A DNA stretch of 64,000 bases from Candidatus Margulisiibacteriota bacterium (GCA_009691415.1 SICP01000002.1:36547-100546); one strand, 5' to 3'. Positions 49,579 through 60,114 are shown, counted from the stretch's first letter. The notes: generated by a model from the sequence alone, not told the origin. Numbers and translations: made by a program.

Positions 49579-52200
49579 TTATTTCTGAAAAACAAACACC
49601 TGCGGATTCACCAAATATTTTTTAGCCGTTTCAATCACATCTTCTTTCTTTAATTTAGAAATTTCATCCAAAACCCGCACATAATAATCTTGTCCTAATC
49701 CATACAAAAGATCCGTTGAAGACGCCATCAATTTGGACTCTAACGAAGACACACGATCCTGATAGGAAAATCGTAATTGCGCAATCGCTTCTGAAAATTC
49801 TGTATCACTAATAGGCTTTTGTTTAATATCTTCAATCTGAGCCAACATGATTTTCTGAACCTCGACTACTTTATCGGGACTCGTCAAGGCATTAGCCACA
49901 AAAACCCCTCTTTCTAGGCCCGCCTGACTATCCGCATGCACCATATACACATACCCTTTATCACGCAAAATATGATGAAATCTACCGCCAGGATAACTTG
50001 CCCCAGACAAAACCGCATCTACCAAATCTAATTTTAAAACTTCACTTGGCTCTTCATAAGATACGCCATCAAACGCAATAAAAAGCCCCGAAACATCTTG
50101 AGCAATTTTAGGTCTCTCTAAAGACGATTGCGTATGCAATATACGATCTGTTTTAGCAGTAGCATCAAATAAATTTTGAGAAGGCTTAAACACTAGAAAT
50201 TGCTTCTCAATTTCCTTCAGAACTGTTTTCTCATCAAAATCACCAAAGACACTCACCACCATCGCACCAGGATTAAGTAAATACTGATAATGCGCCTTCA
50301 CATCCGCCAATGAAATTGACTTTACAGAAGCCTCTTCACCTAGGGCAGATAGACCATAGGGATGCCCAGAAAAAAACGACTTACGCGTGTAATAACTACC
50401 ATAACGAAACCAATCATCCTGACGCTGACCAATAGATTTAAGAACCTTACGACGGGTTTCATCACATTCGGCTTTATCCACAAATTTTGCATGTAAAAAA
50501 GTATGAAAAAAAACAGGAAATAATGTTCCTACATCTTCAGACAAGCAATCCAATCCATAATAAAACGTATTTTGCCCCATACTCGCATGCATAATCGCAC
50601 CATTATCTTCCATCAGCGTTTGAATTTTTTGCTTCGAATAAAGATCCGAGTCTTTACCCATTAAATCTGCTAAAAAATTTCCTATGCCATTCTGTGAAAC
50701 CGTTTCTGCACGCAATCCACCCAAAACAAAAATTTTAGTAAACACCTGGGGCAATGCATGATCAGGATAAAGCAACACACGCACACCATTTTTTAATACA
50801 TGCTCATGAGGAGTCGGCAGAACAACACATGCAACAGTTTGATTAGAACTCGCCAACTTACCTTTTTTATCTGGATACATAACGGTACTTACCATGCGTT
50901 CTGCATCCAAATAGTGCGTTGCTACATTCACAACATCTTGCTTTTTCACACTACGAAATCTGCGGATATAATCGTCATAAAAGGATGTCGAATGCCCATA
51001 TAAAACCCCTGTTCCATAACGGGACACACGATCATCAATAGACGTGATAGAGAAAATATCTTCCGAAAATTTCTGCTTACACGCACGTGCCAAACGCGCC
51101 TCATCAAACTTGCCGACCTTAATAGAAGACAAAATAGTGAGGACTTCTTTTTTTGCAGACTCTACTTTATCTGCGTCCACTTCCATCACAACTTCAAAAT
51201 ATCCCGTTGTAAAAGAAGGTGTATACGACGACGCCCTCACCGCATACGCCAATTTCTTCTCTTCCACTAATTGGCGATGCAAAAATGAATCCTCACCCTC
51301 AGATAAAATAAATTCCAACAAATCCAATGCATACAAATCTTTAGAAAATAAATCGATCGTTGGAAAACGCATGCTTACAAACGTCACCGATGTATCCCCT
51401 TTCGTCTCAATCGACCGGGCTGAAAAAGGCATGGGCTCATTACCCACATGTACTATAGGAGGAGCCACTGCTGGCGCTTTTCCAAAAGTTTCTCGAACAT
51501 GCGCCATCACGACATCTTCATTAAAATTTCCGCCTATGACCAACAACATATTCGACGCAACATATCGGGATTGATAATACGCACGCACATTATCCTGTGT
51601 AAGGCGTTTGAAGTTATCCAAATAGCCAATCACCGGATAACGAATCGAATTTACTTTATAAAAATTTTCATTTGAAATTTGATAAAACTTACGATGAACA
51701 CTGGCATCATCTTTTTCAATTTCTTTAATAATCACGTCCCGCTCACGCTTAAATTCTGACGTCGAAAACTCACACTGAAACATCCATTCGGATAACATTG
51801 AAATCGCAGTACCCATTTCAGATGGTACCGTATTAATAAAATACGACGTATGATCTACAGTGGTATACGCGTTATAAGCGCCACCCAATTGAGCGATCAA
51901 ACGGCGATACGTTTCTTCTGAACGGGCCTTCGTCGTACCCCCAGCCACCAAGTGTTCTAAGTAATGCGACACCCCAGAACCCAACACCGCATCTTCGTCA
52001 ATCGAACCCGCCCGAATAAACGTCCGAACCGATACGAGCGACGCACTGGCATCATTAACCAAAATCACTTTCAAGCCATTATCCAATAAAATTTCTTTAA
52101 CCATCTGCTTACCCCAAACCATTGGCGAACCCAAAAAGAGAACACCCAAAAAAATTAATACAAGTCGTTTAACACTAAACATCTCGTGATAGTAAATCAT
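49579..52200 (-). CDS. M16 family zinc peptidase (insulinase/pitrilysin-like), two-unit, secreted, 873 aa
   Basis: Signal peptide. Inverted zinc motif HYLEHLVAGGT (HxxEH) with a downstream E. A second inactive M16-like half. Confidence 0.85.
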   Translation of the reverse strand: MIYYHEMFSVKRLVLIFLGVLFLGSPMVWGKQMVKEILLDNGLKVILVNDASASLVSVRTFIRAGSIDEDAVLGSGVSHYLEHLVAGGTTKARSEETYRRLIAQLGGAYNAYTTVDHTSYFINTVPSEMGTAISMLSEWMFQCEFSTSEFKRERDVIIKEIEKDDASVHRKFYQISNENFYKVNSIRYPVIGYLDNFKRLTQDNVRAYYQSRYVASNMLLVIGGNFNEDVVMAHVRETFGKAPAVAPPIVHVGNEPMPFSARSIETKGDTSVTFVSMRFPTIDLFSKDLYALDLLEFILSEGEDSFLHRQLVEEKKLAYAVRASSYTPSFTTGYFEVVMEVDADKVESAKKEVLTILSSIKVGKFDEARLARACKQKFSEDIFSITSIDDRVSRYGTGVLYGHSTSFYDDYIRRFRSVKKQDVVNVATHYLDAERMVSTVMYPDKKGKLASSNQTVACVVLPTPHEHVLKNGVRVLLYPDHALPQVFTKIFVLGGLRAETVSQNGIGNFLADLMGKDSDLYSKQKIQTLMEDNGAIMHASMGQNTFYYGLDCLSEDVGTLFPVFFHTFLHAKFVDKAECDETRRKVLKSIGQRQDDWFRYGSYYTRKSFFSGHPYGLSALGEEASVKSISLADVKAHYQYLLNPGAMVVSVFGDFDEKTVLKEIEKQFLVFKPSQNLFDATAKTDRILHTQSSLERPKIAQDVSGLFIAFDGVSYEEPSEVLKLDLVDAVLSGASYPGGRFHHILRDKGYVYMVHADSQAGLERGVFVANALTSPDKVVEVQKIMLAQIEDIKQKPISDTEFSEAIAQLRFSYQDRVSSLESKLMASSTDLLYGLGQDYYVRVLDEISKLKKEDVIETAKKYLVNPQVFVFQK

Positions 52201-52229
52201 TTAAGATTGCCATACAATACAACATTCGT

Positions 52230-52925
52230 ATGAAAGACACCCTATTCCAAAACCCAACCAATCGGCCCTTTGCTTTCGACTCCGATGTCACCTCTGTTTT
52301 TGACGACATGATCGAACGCAGCATCCCCTTCTATAACGAAATTCAAAACCAAATCCAAGAACTCACACATCGATTCGCCCAACCCCATACAACTATTTAC
52401 GATTTGGGATGTTCCACAGGCACGACTCTCTCCAAACTCAAACAAGACACACTTACCTTAGTAGGCATCGACTCTAGCGCACCCATGCTTGAAAAAGCCA
52501 AAAAAAAATATCCAGAAACCACCTACATTCTTCATGATCTCAACACCCCTCCCCCACTCCAAAATGCAAGTATCGTCATCATGAATCTATGTCTACAATT
52601 TATTCGACCAGAAAATAGACCTACTCTTCTAGATCATATTTACAAACATTTGTTACCAGGGGGGCTCTTTATTTTAATAGAAAAAATAACGCCAGATAGC
52701 ATAGAAAACACAGCACTATTCGAAACCCTTTATCACGCATTCAAAAAAAGAAATCATTATAACGACAACGAAATTCAAAACAAAAAAAAAGCTTTAGAAA
52801 ACGTTCTGATTCCACTATCACCCCAACAAAACAAAGACCTATTAAAACACAGTGGATTTACCCGGATAGATACCTTTTTTCAATGGTATTCTTTCATAGG
52901 ACTAATAGCCATCAAGGAGCATTAA
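52230..52925 (+). CDS. cmoA: carboxy-S-adenosyl-L-methionine synthase CmoA
   Basis: 231 aa. Collinear with E. coli CmoA: FDxxVxxVFDDMIERSIPFYNEI, YDLGCSTG, IVIMNLCLQFIRPENR, LENVLIP, FQWYSFIGLIAIK. Confidence 0.9.
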   Translation: MKDTLFQNPTNRPFAFDSDVTSVFDDMIERSIPFYNEIQNQIQELTHRFAQPHTTIYDLGCSTGTTLSKLKQDTLTLVGIDSSAPMLEKAKKKYPETTYILHDLNTPPPLQNASIVIMNLCLQFIRPENRPTLLDHIYKHLLPGGLFILIEKITPDSIENTALFETLYHAFKKRNHYNDNEIQNKKKALENVLIPLSPQQNKDLLKHSGFTRIDTFFQWYSFIGLIAIKEH

Positions 52926-52929
52926 CGAC

Positions 52930-54198
52930 ATGAACACCTTATTAGAAAAATTAAAACCATATCAAAAATCAATTGCTATTGCAGTCGTTATACTCATCAG
53001 TCTAACTATGGGGATAAAATATATAATGACTCCTTCTGGATCCATGAAAATCACCCACCAACCAACCCTCCAAAAACCAACAGAAAAACCACAAATGACT
53101 CATATCAAAACCCCTGCCTCCACCCGAGTTATCTACATCACAAGCTGGGTTGCTTCACAAAAACAATGGCGTGAACAACTCATAAAATTTGTTGAAAAAT
53201 CAGAAATTAACAGCGTGATTATCGACATTAAAGATTATTCTGGATACGTCGCCTTCGATACAAAAGATCCGTACATTAAATCCCTCAACACAGAACAAAT
53301 CCGTGTAAAAGATATGAAAGAATGGCTAGCCGACCTTCACAAACGCGGCATATACACCATCGCTCGCATCACCGTTTTTCAAGATCCTATTTACGCAAAA
53401 TCTCATCCCGCAGAAGCCGTGCAAACACGTCAAGGCGCCGTCTGGACTGACAAACATAAACTAGCTTACGTAGACGTCGCTTCAAAAAGTTTCTGGACCT
53501 ATATTGTTCACATCGCACGTGCCGCCGAACAAGCTGGATTCGACGAAGTTAATTTTGACTACATCCGATACCCAACCGACGGCAATTTAAAAGACATCAA
53601 ATTTCCGCTATCCGGCCCCAGCGTACTTTTCAAAGATTCCCGTCTCTATACAAGAGTAACAAGTAACGCAACCACTTCAGCCAAGGCAGGCACAAAAAAT
53701 GTAACCACACGTCTTGTATCCGCTAGAGAAAAACACCTAAGTGAATTTTTTATCTACCTACATAAGGAATTAAAAAATTTGGGAATTCCCATGTCAGCCG
53801 ATGTCTTTGGAATGACCATGACCAACCACGATGACGTAGGTATCGGACAAGTTTTAGAAAGTATAGAACCCAATTTTGATTTCGTGTGCCCTATGGTTTA
53901 TCCATCACATTATCCACCAGGATTTAATAATTTCGCAAAACCTGCCGAACACCCGTACGAAATAGTGCGCTATGCCATGCAACACGGCGCAGACCGTCTC
54001 AAAAAACTAGGGAAAAACCCCAATAAGCTAAGACCTTGGCTACAAGACTTCAATCTAGGTGCAAAATACGATGCCCCCAAAATACGTGCCCAAATCAAAG
54101 CAACACATGATTCTAATCTCAACAGTTATTTAATCTGGGACCCCAGAAATAAATATACACAAGCCGCCTATCTACCCTCAAAGAATGAGCATCTTTAA
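52930..54198 (+). CDS. putative glycoside-hydrolase-like TIM-barrel protein (DUF4015/YngK-like), N-terminally membrane-anchored
   Basis: 422 aa. N-terminal TM helix. Central GFDEVNFDYIRYP motif characteristic of the GH-like DUF4015 family. Confidence 0.55.
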   Translation: MNTLLEKLKPYQKSIAIAVVILISLTMGIKYIMTPSGSMKITHQPTLQKPTEKPQMTHIKTPASTRVIYITSWVASQKQWREQLIKFVEKSEINSVIIDIKDYSGYVAFDTKDPYIKSLNTEQIRVKDMKEWLADLHKRGIYTIARITVFQDPIYAKSHPAEAVQTRQGAVWTDKHKLAYVDVASKSFWTYIVHIARAAEQAGFDEVNFDYIRYPTDGNLKDIKFPLSGPSVLFKDSRLYTRVTSNATTSAKAGTKNVTTRLVSAREKHLSEFFIYLHKELKNLGIPMSADVFGMTMTNHDDVGIGQVLESIEPNFDFVCPMVYPSHYPPGFNNFAKPAEHPYEIVRYAMQHGADRLKKLGKNPNKLRPWLQDFNLGAKYDAPKIRAQIKATHDSNLNSYLIWDPRNKYTQAAYLPSKNEHL

Positions 54199-54536
54199 AC
54201 AATATTTAATAAATGCTCTTGAACAAGATCGCCATGCACAACCAGTAAGTCCAACCGCATGGCACCCTTGTATGTAGGCTGGTTCAAAAGATAATACTCA
54301 GCAGTCTTACGAATGCGTTTTAATTTTGTAGCCGTCACCGCATCAAACGGAGAGACAAAGCTTTTAGATTTATAAGTTTTAACTTCACAAAAAACCAAAA
54401 CATTGTGAGGGTCATACGCAATAATATCTATCTCTCCCAATCGAGAAAAAAAATTAGTCTCGACAATACGATACCCCTTCTTCACTAAATAAAGCCCCGC
54501 AATCCGTTCACCCTCACGCCCCTTTTTCGTTGACAT
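54195..54536 (-). CDS. yraN: YraN family (UPF0102) endonuclease
   Basis: 113 aa. ...GEIDIIAYDPHNVLVFCEVKTYKS... PD-(D/E)xK-like YraN signature. Confidence 0.85.
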   Translation of the reverse strand: MSTKKGREGERIAGLYLVKKGYRIVETNFFSRLGEIDIIAYDPHNVLVFCEVKTYKSKSFVSPFDAVTATKLKRIRKTAEYYLLNQPTYKGAMRLDLLVVHGDLVQEHLLNIV

Positions 54537-55099
54537 TAGAATAAACTCTGCTGCCGATGCAAATTAAACGTCTTTCGATGTACATCAGAAATTCCATGCA
54601 CAAACAAAGCCTCATAATGCAACGACGTTCCGTATCCCTTATGAATCTTAAACCCATACGCCGGAAACTTTTTGTCCAAACAATCCATCATACGATCTCG
54701 TAATACTTTCGCCACAATAGACGCGGCAGAAATTGCTGGAATTAATCGATCCCCATGCACAATAGCCCGCATAGTAAACCCAGGCAAAGTCGGGATTTTA
54801 TTCCCATCAATTAATACTTCATTCGGCTTATAATTTAATGACAAAATACTATGGCGCATTGCAGACAGCGTGGCTTTCAAAATATTTTTTTGATCTACAT
54901 AAAAAGCACTATGGACCCCAACACCAATATAAGACTCAGACGTCTCTAAAATAGCAAACAAAGCCTCTCTCCTAGCCGCTGTTAATTGCTTAGAATCTGA
55001 AAATAAATCAGGAGGAAGTGCAGGATCTAATACCACAGAAGCAGCGACAACAGGCCCAGCTAACGCGCCTCTCCCAGCCTCATCAACCCCCGCAATCAC
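54536..55099 (-). CDS. rnhB: ribonuclease HII
   Basis: MIAGVDEAGRGALAGPVVAASVVL N-terminus with the DEAGRG catalytic motif. 187 aa. Confidence 0.9.
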   Translation of the reverse strand: MIAGVDEAGRGALAGPVVAASVVLDPALPPDLFSDSKQLTAARREALFAILETSESYIGVGVHSAFYVDQKNILKATLSAMRHSILSLNYKPNEVLIDGNKIPTLPGFTMRAIVHGDRLIPAISAASIVAKVLRDRMMDCLDKKFPAYGFKIHKGYGTSLHYEALFVHGISDVHRKTFNLHRQQSLF

Positions 55100-56335
55100 T
55101 TAACTAAATTTTTTAAGAACCAAAACCCCGTTATGACCACCAAATCCAAATGAATTTGAAATCGCCACATTAATATCTCTGGCAATCGCTTTATTAGGCG
55201 TATAGTTCAAATCGCATTCAGGATCTATTGTCTCATAGTTCATCGTAGGGGGCACAATACCATTCTTAATCGCAAGCGCAGAGGCTATCAATTCAATGCC
55301 ACCCGCAGCTCCCAACAAATGTCCCGTCATCGACTTAGTAGAACTCACTGCCATCTTATAAGCATGCTCACCAAATGCAGTTTTAATCGCCGCTGTTTCA
55401 TTTTTGTCATTTAAGTAAGTAGACGTGCCATGTGCATTTACATAATCCACATCTTCAGGAGAAATCTTAGCCATAGCAAGCGCCATCTTTATCGCACGAG
55501 CCGCACCTTCACCTTCTGGTGCTGGAGCCGTCAAATGATACGCATCCCCACTAGATCCAAATCCAACGACTTCCGCATAAATCTGCGCGCCTCTAGCCTT
55601 GGCATGTTCCAACTCTTCAAATACCAAAATACCCGCGCCTTCACCCATCACAAACCCATCTCTGGTTTTATCAAAAGGACGAGACGCATGTTCTGGATCA
55701 TCATTAGCAGTAGACAAAGACCGAGCTGCACAAAAAGCACCTAATCCCAAAGGGGTAATACAGGCTTCAGACCCACCTGTAATCATTGCAACGGCATCCC
55801 CAAGCTGAATCAAACGAAATGCATTACTCATCGAATGTGCTGAAGACGCACATGCCGTAACCGAACAAGAATTGGGCCCTTTTGCACCGGTCTTCATTGC
55901 CACCTGGCCAGCAGCCATATCACAAATCATCATCGGTACGGTAAACGGACTCATTTTGGAAGGTCCTCGATTAAGCAAAACCTCGCAAGCCTGTTCCAAA
56001 ATTTCAATACCGCCAATACCAGATCCAATCTCAACACCAACATGCTCAGGATCTTTAGAAATATCCAAACCAGAATCACGAACCGCCTCTTGAGCTGCCG
56101 CAACAGCGAGCAAAATAAAGCGCGATGAACGACGCACTTCTTTTGCATCAAAAAAAGGAGAAAAATCAAAACCAACTACTTCCGCTGCAATTTGTGTAGA
56201 AAATTGAGACGTATCAAAAGCCTGAATTTTACCCACGCCGTTACGACCTGAAATCAACCCTTCCCAAAAATCAGGAACAGAGGTACCAATGGGGGTAACC
56301 GCCCCCATACCGGTAATAACGACGCGTTTCAACAT
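55100..56335 (-). CDS. fabF: 3-oxoacyl-ACP synthase II FabF
   Basis: 411 aa. Active-site Cys context NSCSVTACASS. HGTSTYLNDKNE and NSFGFGGHN motifs. Confidence 0.95.
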   Translation of the reverse strand: MLKRVVITGMGAVTPIGTSVPDFWEGLISGRNGVGKIQAFDTSQFSTQIAAEVVGFDFSPFFDAKEVRRSSRFILLAVAAAQEAVRDSGLDISKDPEHVGVEIGSGIGGIEILEQACEVLLNRGPSKMSPFTVPMMICDMAAGQVAMKTGAKGPNSCSVTACASSAHSMSNAFRLIQLGDAVAMITGGSEACITPLGLGAFCAARSLSTANDDPEHASRPFDKTRDGFVMGEGAGILVFEELEHAKARGAQIYAEVVGFGSSGDAYHLTAPAPEGEGAARAIKMALAMAKISPEDVDYVNAHGTSTYLNDKNETAAIKTAFGEHAYKMAVSSTKSMTGHLLGAAGGIELIASALAIKNGIVPPTMNYETIDPECDLNYTPNKAIARDINVAISNSFGFGGHNGVLVLKKFS

Positions 56336-56338
56336 AGC

Positions 56339-56587
56339 TTACTTAACAGTAGAAAGAATGAAATCAACCGTTTTCCCAACAGTGGTCAATTTCTCAGCTT
56401 CCTCGTCAGCAATCTCAGTACCGAATTCTTCTTCTAGAGCCATAACCAATTCAACTGTATCCAAAGAGTCTGCGCCTAAGTCATCTGTAAAAGACGCCTC
56501 ACGTGCAACTTCTTCTTCCGACACGCCTAACTGCTCAACGATAACCGATTTTACTTTTTCATAAACTTCTTGTTCTGATAATGCCAT
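56339..56587 (-). CDS. acpP: acyl carrier protein
   Basis: [21 protein letters not shown] phosphopantetheine attachment site. Confidence 0.95.
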   Translation of the reverse strand: MALSEQEVYEKVKSVIVEQLGVSEEEVAREASFTDDLGADSLDTVELVMALEEEFGTEIADEEAEKLTTVGKTVDFILSTVK

Positions 56588-56642
56588 ATTAGTACACCTT
56601 CCTTAACGAAATTGAGTGATATTGCTAGTGTAACATGCAGAC

Positions 56643-57392
56643 CTACATCTGCATCCCCCCATCAACATGAAGTACCTGGCCTGTTGTGTAAGCTGCCAAA
56701 TCAGAGGCCAAAAATGAAACCATCTCTGCAACTTCACGAGCAGAACCTAATCGCTTCTGAGGGATAGAAGCCATTATAGTATCAAGATAATCTTTAGGTA
56801 AAGATTGAATCATGTCTGTCTCAATAAATCCGGGGGCCACAACATTGCACGTAATATTTTTTGCACCAAATTCACGCGCAATCGATTTGCTAAATCCGAT
56901 AATCCCCGCTTTAGATGCAGCATAGTTAGCCTGTCCAGCATTACCCATCACCCCAACAACTGAACTAATATTCACAATACGACCATACCGATTTTTAAGC
57001 ATGGGTTTTAAAACTGCCTTCGTAAAATTAAACACCGAATTTAAGTTCACAGAAATCACATCCGTCCATTCTTCCAAAGACATACGCAACATTAAATTAT
57101 CCCGAGTAATCCCCGCGTTATTCACCAAAATATCAACACGACCAAATTTTCCTATAACCGTTTTTACAACAGAGGCCCCATCTTCAAAAGAAGAAACATC
57201 CGCCGCAATCCCTATACAAGCTACGCCATACGTTTCTTGCAACGCAGCCGCTACTTCATCACACACCGATTGCCGCGTCGACACACACACGATATTGGCA
57301 CCATATGACGCCAACGTATCCGCAATCGCATACCCAATCCCGCGCGACGCACCTGTAACAATCGCTATTTTATTACTGAGGTCCATTTTCAA
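56643..57392 (-). CDS. fabG: 3-oxoacyl-ACP reductase FabG
   Basis: SDR fold: TGASRGIG, NNAG, YAASKAG. 249 aa. Confidence 0.95.
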   Translation of the reverse strand: MKMDLSNKIAIVTGASRGIGYAIADTLASYGANIVCVSTRQSVCDEVAAALQETYGVACIGIAADVSSFEDGASVVKTVIGKFGRVDILVNNAGITRDNLMLRMSLEEWTDVISVNLNSVFNFTKAVLKPMLKNRYGRIVNISSVVGVMGNAGQANYAASKAGIIGFSKSIAREFGAKNITCNVVAPGFIETDMIQSLPKDYLDTIMASIPQKRLGSAREVAEMVSFLASDLAAYTTGQVLHVDGGMQM

Positions 57393-58299
57393 TTCCTTTA
57401 ATACTTTCTAAGTCCGACACCGAAACCATCGGCAACTCCGGCACAATCTTTCGACACAATCCCGATAATACTTTACCTGGTCCACATTCGACCAACCGAT
57501 CTACATGCTGCGCCATATACTGAATCGAACCAATCCAGTTAACAGGAGAAATCACCTGCAAAGACAAATTCTCTTTTAACTGAGTCGCGTCTATTTCTGA
57601 AAGCGCAGTACGATTTAAAATGACAGGAATCTGAGCAGAAGAAAAAAAATTATCTTGCAAAAAATCGCCTAATTTTTGAGATCCAGAAGCCATCAAAGGT
57701 GAATGAAAAGCCCCACTCACATTCAATACAATCGCACGACCACCCTCTTTAGATAAGAGCTCGCAGGCTTCAGCTACCCCAGCTTTTTTACCAGAAATAA
57801 CAATCTGACCTGGGCAGTTCAAATTGGCAGCAACCACGGGCCCTTCTTTGACAGAAGAAACAATCCGTTGAATCACTTTCAACTCCACTTTCATAATAGC
57901 CGCCATAGCAGAATCGTCGGACGGATAAGACGCCGCCATAGCCGCCCCTCGCACCTGAATCACGCGCAACGCATCTTCAAAACTAAGAACGCCCGCCGCA
58001 TAATACGCTGTAATTTCACCCAAGCTATGTCCAGCAACCATCGCAGGCACAATTCCGGATCTCTTCAACAACAACAACAAAGCTGCTGATACCAAAAAAA
58101 TAGCAGGCTGGGCATTAGCAGTCTGTGTTAAAATCTCATCCGGCCCGTCAAAACAAATAGACGAAATATCGTAGCCCAACACTTTATTCGCGCTTATAAA
58201 TAACTCTCGTACTTCAAAATATTGATCATAAAGATCTTTCCCCATCCCCACTTTTTGAGAGCCCTGCCCGGGAAAAACAAATCCAATTCGTGTCATCAA
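57373..58299 (-). CDS. fabD: malonyl CoA-ACP transacylase FabD
   Basis: GQGSQ and GHSLGE active-site motifs. 308 aa. Confidence 0.95.
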   Translation of the reverse strand: MMTRIGFVFPGQGSQKVGMGKDLYDQYFEVRELFISANKVLGYDISSICFDGPDEILTQTANAQPAIFLVSAALLLLLKRSGIVPAMVAGHSLGEITAYYAAGVLSFEDALRVIQVRGAAMAASYPSDDSAMAAIMKVELKVIQRIVSSVKEGPVVAANLNCPGQIVISGKKAGVAEACELLSKEGGRAIVLNVSGAFHSPLMASGSQKLGDFLQDNFFSSAQIPVILNRTALSEIDATQLKENLSLQVISPVNWIGSIQYMAQHVDRLVECGPGKVLSGLCRKIVPELPMVSVSDLESIKGIENGPQ

Positions 58300-58361
58300 A
58301 ATGCCATCCTATTCATTAAAATAAAGTCACAAAATCATTCTAACAAACAAGATGGCTTTTA

Positions 58362-59074
58362 GTAACTAACGACTCTGCGTTTCCAACCGAACCATACGCT
58401 TCAACAAATCGTCCTGATCCTCTTTCAATTTCTTATTTTCTTTTTCAAGCGCAATCACATAAAGCGTCAATTCTTCAATTTTCTGCATATACAATTTCTA
58501 CATCGCACCCACACTCACCCCCTTCGCAACAACTACTTTTTCCGAAGGCACATCAGACAAGTGTTTTTGGATCAAAATAAACGATAATAGTCCCAACCAA
58601 TTCAAGTTTTTGTGTGGGCGCAACCATCACATCTCGAAAACCATACCGTGTTCCATCATAGTATTGAGGCTGGAATTTTATAATCCCTGAGTATCCACCC
58701 AGACTCGCTTTTCCGACGGAAATTCTTGCAACTCCAAACGTTTCTCTATTCCAACCACCTACCATTTCAAGAGAAACATCTTGTTTATTACTTACGTCTA
58801 CAATAGACAGTTTTGATGTTGGAGATGTAGTCCCAACCCCAACATTACCAGCATCTTTTATCCGGACAAGCTCCCCAGATCGGTGCTTTGTACTTGATAA
58901 AAATATAATATCTGCCCCCTGTCTATTTTGTATATATGTCGCACGCCTATCTCTATTATGATAAATCTCAGACCCACTATTATTCCCATTCAAATAAATA
59001 GAACTACTCTGCACGAAAGCAAGTGACTACATGCCACAGAAAAGAAAATTTAAACTTAAGTTTTTGATTTTCAT
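58362..59074 (-). pseudogene. decayed miniature paralogue of the giant fibre-protein family (signal peptide + one GNVGVGT unit + C-terminal coiled coil) inserted in the fab operon
   Basis: On the minus strand, ATG 59074 with an AAGGAG RBS gives MKIKNLSLNFLFCGM, then an in-frame TAG (59027-59029). The same frame then continues as the 153-aa ORF 58553..59014 containing AGNVGVGTTSPTSKLSIVDVS. After a TGA and a +1 shift, a second in-frame TAG is followed by MQKIEELTLYVIALEKENKKLKEDQDDLLKRMVRLETQSR (58488..58365). This mirrors the coiled-coil C-termini of the giant proteins. Confidence 0.55.
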
Positions 59075-59083
59075 ATATCTCCT

Positions 59084-59123
59084 TTTTCTTGCAAAGATAT
59101 ACGATGATACAAAGTAACGTCAA
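59084..59123 (-). promoter_or_regulatory. putative sigma70-like promoter (TTGACG -16- TATATC) plus AAGGAG RBS upstream of the mini-paralogue remnant, inside the fab operon
   Basis: Read from the minus strand: ttgacgttactttgtatcatcgtatatctttgcaagaaaaaggagatatATG. It could also act as an internal promoter for fabD-fabG-acpP-fabF. Confidence 0.35.
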
Positions 59124-59154
59124 TGCTTTTTTAATACAAATAAATACTTACGTC

Positions 59155-60114
59155 CTAATAGGCCCAGCGGAGCAATGTCGTACCCCAGGTAAACCCTGCG
59201 CCAAAACCTGCCAAGAGTACTACGCTCCCCCGCTTTAGACGTCCACCCTGTTTCGCATCGCATAAGGCCATAGGAATTGACGCCGCTGACGTATTACCAT
59301 AGATCTCAATCATCTTCATGACATGATCTTCAGGAATACCCAAACGCTCCCGTGTGGCCTCTATTATACGCAAGTTGGCTTGATGCATCACAAGCAAATC
59401 CACGTCCGAACCCACCAGTCCATTTTTTTTCAAAATCGCCTCTACTGCAGGAACAACCGCATTGACAGCCACTTTAAATACAGCGCGTCCATCCATATAA
59501 ATATGAGACGGCCCGTCTGGCTTTACTTGTAAAATATCTGCATAAGATCCATCAGAATATAATTTCGAATCAATCAGCCCAAAACCGTCTGGAACCCGGC
59601 CAACAACACAAGCCCCTGCACCATCCCCAAACAAAATACAAATACTACGATCCGTCCAATCCACATGACGACTCAGCACATCTCCTGCCACAACCAAAAC
59701 GTATCGACAAGCTCCCGTCGCTACATATTGCTCCGCCATAGAAAGCGCATAGTTAAATCCGGTACAGGCAGCAGAGACATCTACTGCCCCAATATCTGTT
59801 CGTAAACCCAAACGATCCTGAAGTAAACAAGCCGTCGAAGGAAACAATGCATAATCGGGAGTCGAAGTTGCCACAATGACCATATCAATATCTGTAGGCT
59901 GAATCCCTGCATCTTTAATAGCTTCTTGAGAAGCGCCATACGCCAAATGAGACGTCCGAGTCTCAGCGTCCGCGATACGTCGCTCACGAATACCTGTACG
60001 CGAAACAATCCACTCATCTGTTGTATCCAAACCACCAGCCACTAGATCCTGATTAGTCACAATAGTATTGGGCACGCATTTTCCGACACCTACAATGCCG
60101 ACAGGGAAATTCAC
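59155..60114 (-). CDS. fabH: 3-oxoacyl-ACP synthase III FabH
   Basis: 319 aa. Active-site AACTGF Cys context, and HQANLRI / GNTSAAS motifs. Confidence 0.95.
   Translation of the reverse strand: MNFPVGIVGVGKCVPNTIVTNQDLVAGGLDTTDEWIVSRTGIRERRIADAETRTSHLAYGASQEAIKDAGIQPTDIDMVIVATSTPDYALFPSTACLLQDRLGLRTDIGAVDVSAACTGFNYALSMAEQYVATGACRYVLVVAGDVLSRHVDWTDRSICILFGDGAGACVVGRVPDGFGLIDSKLYSDGSYADILQVKPDGPSHIYMDGRAVFKVAVNAVVPAVEAILKKNGLVGSDVDLLVMHQANLRIIEATRERLGIPEDHVMKMIEIYGNTSAASIPMALCDAKQGGRLKRGSVVLLAGFGAGFTWGTTLLRWAY

Noticed and set aside
59027-59029. In-frame TAG codons in the mini-paralogue as evidence of stop-codon reassignment (TAG as sense)
   Set aside because: TAG terminates confident housekeeping genes in this window (ksgA at 2195-2197, fabH at 59155-59157), and no housekeeping ORF needs TAG read-through. 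A pseudogene is the simpler explanation.
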